From Bdellovibrionales bacterium (GTDB lineage: Bacteria; Bdellovibrionota; Bdellovibrionia; Bdellovibrionales; JAGQZY01), in contig CAXRHT010000002.1 of assembly GCA_964230645.1 (NCBI GenBank), forward strand, positions 1,120,001 through 1,184,000: DNA of 64,000 nucleotides, in the 5' to 3' direction. The notes under the pieces were generated by a model that did no database searches, had not been told where the DNA came from, and was given only the letters and a program-made list of their open reading frames with translations. The translations under genes were made by a program, and so were the position numbers. Position 1 is the first letter of the stretch. Each line of letters begins with the position of its first letter. Positions 60,301 through 64,000 of the stretch are shown here, in pieces.

Positions 60301-61262
60301 TCATACCTCCCGATCATTTTTTCCATAGCGAGTTGGCAAAGTTCAACGTCAGTCAGTACGAAAATATGAATTCCAGGAGCGCCCATCTCTTGGAGACGAT
60401 CGACAAGCTCTAAGAAAGGAGGAATGACATCTGGATTCACTACACCTTTTTCGTGCTCATCAGGGAGTTGATCGAGATACCAGTCCGGGACACTACAACC
60501 AAAGCGGGTCTTCATGACTTCCCCTTGCTTTTTAGAGCGCAGAATTCTTAGGCCTGGAAGCACTGGAGCTGTGATGCCTTGGCTTTTAATCTCTGTCATA
60601 AGCTCGCCGTATGGTTCAGGGTCAAAAAGCATTTGGGTAATACCGTACTCGGCTCCCTTTTCAAATTTAATGTTGGCAAATTCAAAGCGCTGTTTTTTAT
60701 CAGGATGCTCTGGGTAGATGGCAGCCCCAATACAGAAATCGGTCGGCTCTCTTCCCTCAACTTTATAGCCTTTTCTCTCGATGAACTCGCCAGAGTTAAG
60801 GCGTTTGATCTGCTCGATGAGTTGATAAGCGTAAGAGTATCCTTCAGGATGAGGCACCCACTCTTTTGTGCCCATAGGAGGATCTCCCCTAAGCCCTAAG
60901 ATATTGCGGACACCAAAATAATGGTGGTCGATGAGCTGATTTTCAATATCCTGAGGCGAGAGATCAAGGCAAGTGAAGTGCGCGATACAGGGCTTTGAAA
61001 AATGATCTTTGATGGTTTGAGCGATCGGTAGACTGCCACCGCGAAGAGATCCACCGGCCCCTTTAGTCACTGAAAGGAAATCCACACCACTTTGTACGAT
61101 TTTATCAAGGCGGTCCATTGTCACCTGCATTTGAAAGCCATTACGAGGTGGGATCATTTCGGCAGACAAAGTGAACTTTTTCTCGCTGATCACGTCTGTG
61201 ATTTTTCTATCTTTTGTATAACCCATTGAGGTTTTTTGGGTGTTTTCTTTTTCCATTAGCAT
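60297..61262 (-). CDS. metF: 5,10-methylenetetrahydrofolate reductase
   Basis: SAEMIPP, FLSVT.GAGGS, AHFTC, NILGLRGDPP, AIYPEH, GAEYGITQMLFD, GIHIF. Confidence 0.9.
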   Translation of the reverse strand: MLMEKENTQKTSMGYTKDRKITDVISEKKFTLSAEMIPPRNGFQMQVTMDRLDKIVQSGVDFLSVTKGAGGSLRGGSLPIAQTIKDHFSKPCIAHFTCLDLSPQDIENQLIDHHYFGVRNILGLRGDPPMGTKEWVPHPEGYSYAYQLIEQIKRLNSGEFIERKGYKVEGREPTDFCIGAAIYPEHPDKKQRFEFANIKFEKGAEYGITQMLFDPEPYGELMTEIKSQGITAPVLPGLRILRSKKQGEVMKTRFGCSVPDWYLDQLPDEHEKGVVNPDVIPPFLELVDRLQEMGAPGIHIFVLTDVELCQLAMEKMIGRYE

Positions 61263-61265
61263 TCC

Positions 61266-62279
61266 TTAGGGCTCTCCTGCTTTGTTGTAAATAGCAAACA
61301 TCAACAGGGGAAGATAAGCAATAACAACGATAATCATTCCGTAATCATCATAAATTGAAGCTAGATTAGAAAGAGGGAACAGCCATAGCACGACTGTCAT
61401 TGAGTAGAGAGCGGAGATCTTACGATGACTCCAGCCTTTTTCTAAAAGCTTGTGAAACACAAACATCTTATGGGCTCTGAATATGGGCTCTCCTCTTAAG
61501 GCTCTTCTGCAAAGCACATAGGTGGCGTCAAATATGAAAAAGCCAAAAATGATGATGTGTGAATAAAACGAGACATCCGCATAAGCTTTTGAGATGAGTG
61601 CTAAAGAAGCAAACAAGAAGCCTAAAAAGTAGCTGCCCGTGTCTCCCATAAATATTCTCGCAGGACTCCAGTTGTAAAAAAGAAAGCCACTCACCGTGTA
61701 GGCTATAAGGCAGTAGACCATGGCGATTTCTGGAGCGTTGTGAATTATGGATACAACGGCCATTAGGATAGAAGCCGCTATAGCTGTGGAGCTTGAGAGC
61801 CCATCGGCTCCGTCCATGAAATTATAAAGATTGATAAACCAAGCGATAAATAAAACGCAAAAAAGAGCGTTCACCCAAAGAAGGTCCGGAAGAAAAGAGA
61901 TATCCAGATCAATTTTAAACCACTGGGTGACAAGGGCATAAATCAGAAAAGCGACAACAAAGTGAACCAGAAGTCTTAAAAGAGCTGGGAGTGAGTAGCG
62001 ATCATCAAGCCAACCCAAAATCACGACACAAGGCCCTCCATAAAGAAGAGGTGTTACGATGGGTCGGTAGTTCGGGTAAAAGAAATGAAACCATACCGTG
62101 ATCAATGTAAACACGGTGAAAAAAGCTAGCCCCCCGCCTTTGGGAGTGGGCAGTTCATGAGAGCTTCGAATATTGGGGGTATCAATCATTCCCATTTTAT
62201 TTGAGAATTGAATGAGAGCTCTTGTTATCAAAAGGGTCGCAACGAAGGCACAGGAGCCTAAAACACTGACTTCAAGCAC
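61266..62279 (-). CDS. Undecaprenyl-phosphate HexNAc-1-phosphate transferase (WecA/WbpL, MraY-like family)
   Basis: D.PN.RSSH..PTPKGGG, GWLDD, INLYNFMDGADG, ARIFMGDTGS, RR..RG…AH. Confidence 0.92.
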   Translation of the reverse strand: MLEVSVLGSCAFVATLLITRALIQFSNKMGMIDTPNIRSSHELPTPKGGGLAFFTVFTLITVWFHFFYPNYRPIVTPLLYGGPCVVILGWLDDRYSLPALLRLLVHFVVAFLIYALVTQWFKIDLDISFLPDLLWVNALFCVLFIAWFINLYNFMDGADGLSSSTAIAASILMAVVSIIHNAPEIAMVYCLIAYTVSGFLFYNWSPARIFMGDTGSYFLGFLFASLALISKAYADVSFYSHIIIFGFFIFDATYVLCRRALRGEPIFRAHKMFVFHKLLEKGWSHRKISALYSMTVVLWLFPLSNLASIYDDYGMIIVVIAYLPLLMFAIYNKAGEP

Positions 62280-62389
62280 TGGGGCCCCTTAAAGCACGTT
62301 CGTCTTTATATCTAACGCATTCTGTTAACATCAACGGAAATATACCACATATTTTGAATTTGCCCATGCTTCTTAATAGAATTAATTCA

Positions 62390-64000
62390 ATGAAATCAAT
62401 CTTTTCTAAACTTTTTGCACTGCTCTTGATTTTAGCACCTCTCAGTTCCTGGGCTCAGCTAGAATATGACTCTAAAGCCAACAACGTTCAGCTCTATGGC
62501 CCTTACGTAAAATACAATATTTTAAAAAAGCCATATTCGCTGGGGCGCTATCAATTTAGCCTGGATGACATCAATTTAGACTTGGTCTATGAGGTGCAAA
62601 ATCTTGATGAAGTCGGCAGTGATGATTCTCAAGAAGTGGAAAAAGAGTTAAAGATTTTTGCCATTTGGCCAAAGTTTCTTTTACAGTTTGGGGACATCCG
62701 GATCTTTGATCGCCAAGGCAGAAAGCTTTTACACGAAGGTTTCAGCCGTGAGGACATTGGTGAGTTCGATCAAAAATATGCCAGACTTCATCTAGAGGGT
62801 GAGGGCGAGGCTTTACTGGAATCCCTAAAAGAGCCTTTTCAAATCTGTGTGAGACAAGAGTACGAATCCTCGCTTGTAAAAGCTTGCTCCAATTGGATGG
62901 AGTACACTGGCGACAAAATTGTGTCTACCTTTGATGGACAGAACAAGGCGGCAGCAAAACTTAACGGTAAAAAGGCCCCCAAAAACTCTCAGATCAGTCT
63001 TTCCCAATCCATGGAGAACGTCCGGCTTCATTTAAGGTTTAAGTCTGGCTTTACCGTCTATGTTCGTGACGAAATAAGAGAACTTAAAAAAGAAAACGTT
63101 GTGATCGATCCAAAAGAAAAACGCATTGGAGTTGTGACAGGTGATGGTTCGGTGCGCCCCACTCAGCTTACCCTTAAAGATCGCTTCTTCTCGTTCATTA
63201 AAGAGAACAACTATTATAAAAACGAGTACACCTCCTCGGCCCAGTGGCCGGAAAACTTAGAAGATGCGGAAATGGAGTTTGCTCCCTTTCAAAGTGGAGC
63301 CTCCATTCAGCTTTATGGAATGATCCTTCCTAAAGTTCCCCCACCTTTTGACTTTAAACTCGATGACGATATTCCGATTGCCACTTATTCTTCTGAGGTC
63401 ACACTCACTGGAACGAAAAAACCTTCAGAAGTTTTAGCCGCGAGAGTCAAAAATGAACTTTTTATTCACGAAAATGGCACTGAGTTTTTATGGGAGTTCC
63501 CGGCTCCAAAAGCTGGCGAGATCAATCAAAACTATATTTCTCTTCAACACGAGGGAAAGGACTACTACTTTTCTAAGAGAATCTTCAGAGCTCACCAGAC
63601 TTCGGTTTCTGGCGCCTTGGCACTTTCAACCTCCCCTACCCTTGAAATTGTTCCAGGCTACACTTTTACGGCCGAACATTGGTTTGAAGAAATTTGGGGA
63701 GAGGCCTCTTGGTCCCAACAGCGTTGGGGCTTAAAAGCCGAACTTTACGAAACTGCGCAAGGTTTTAAACCTAAAGAAAACTTTCCTGAGAAAATTAGTA
63801 TCAATCCAAGTACCGTGGACCTTTTGTTTCGTTTTTCAAAAGGAGTTCGCCCAGTGCAAAGTAGTTTCGGGGCTGGACTTCGCTTTTTAAACTTCAAGCT
63901 TTTCCGCAGTATCAACGCGGATATTGAAACAAAGTACTTGGGAGTGGGAGCCTTCTGGCATACTGCCCCCCAAAAGATCGTCGATGATATCTTTAATATC
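62390..64000 (+). CDS. Hypothetical secreted protein, truncated by the window end (absent from ORF track)
   Basis: MKSIFSKLFALLLILAPLSSWA signal peptide (alternative ATG at 62366); frame appears open to 64000; the distal part has alternating hydrophobic beta-strand-like segments. Confidence 0.75.
   Translation, partial: MKSIFSKLFALLLILAPLSSWAQLEYDSKANNVQLYGPYVKYNILKKPYSLGRYQFSLDDINLDLVYEVQNLDEVGSDDSQEVEKELKIFAIWPKFLLQFGDIRIFDRQGRKLLHEGFSREDIGEFDQKYARLHLEGEGEALLESLKEPFQICVRQEYESSLVKACSNWMEYTGDKIVSTFDGQNKAAAKLNGKKAPKNSQISLSQSMENVRLHLRFKSGFTVYVRDEIRELKKENVVIDPKEKRIGVVTGDGSVRPTQLTLKDRFFSFIKENNYYKNEYTSSAQWPENLEDAEMEFAPFQSGASIQLYGMILPKVPPPFDFKLDDDIPIATYSSEVTLTGTKKPSEVLAARVKNELFIHENGTEFLWEFPAPKAGEINQNYISLQHEGKDYYFSKRIFRAHQTSVSGALALSTSPTLEIVPGYTFTAEHWFEEIWGEASWSQQRWGLKAELYETAQGFKPKENFPEKISINPSTVDLLFRFSKGVRPVQSSFGAGLRFLNFKLFRSINADIETKYLGVGAFWHTAPQKIVDDIFNI

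Noticed and set aside
1..64000. CRISPR arrays, tRNA/rRNA genes, transposases, integrases, prophage genes
   Set aside because: No regularly spaced repeats, RNA gene signatures or recombinase/transposase motifs were recognised by eye

Overview
Bacterial genomic window, moderately AT-rich. Gene style and content suggest Bdellovibrionota or a similar Gram-negative lineage, but this is inference only. Positions 1-13.6 kb are a mixed accessory/housekeeping stretch: the 3' end of serA, two secreted hypotheticals, a tandem pair of membrane desaturases, a HEPN/MNT toxin-antitoxin pair, a putative Na+/H+ antiporter, an SxtJ-like/DUF5989/O-carbamoyltransferase triplet, a SET-domain protein, a His-rich TPR-like secreted protein and a lipoprotein. 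Positions 13.6-62.3 kb are a ~49 kb mosaic surface-glycan (LPS/O-antigen/glycoconjugate) locus with ten strand switches. It encodes Wzx, an ABC-type flippase, WaaL, a WecA-like initiator, many GT2/GT4 enzymes, methyl- and formyltransferases, wbpA-like, wecB, wecC, asnB-like, manC and an embedded metF. The most notable features are (i) an AT-rich rfbA/rfbB/wecE/formyltransferase/WbqC/GtrB-like module with three GT-C-like membrane proteins, resembling an Arn/Gtr-type lipid-carrier decoration system, and (ii) a QueC-like PP-loop/Cys4 protein inside the glycan locus. The window ends in an open ORF for a secreted protein. No rRNA, tRNA, CRISPR array or transposase was recognised.
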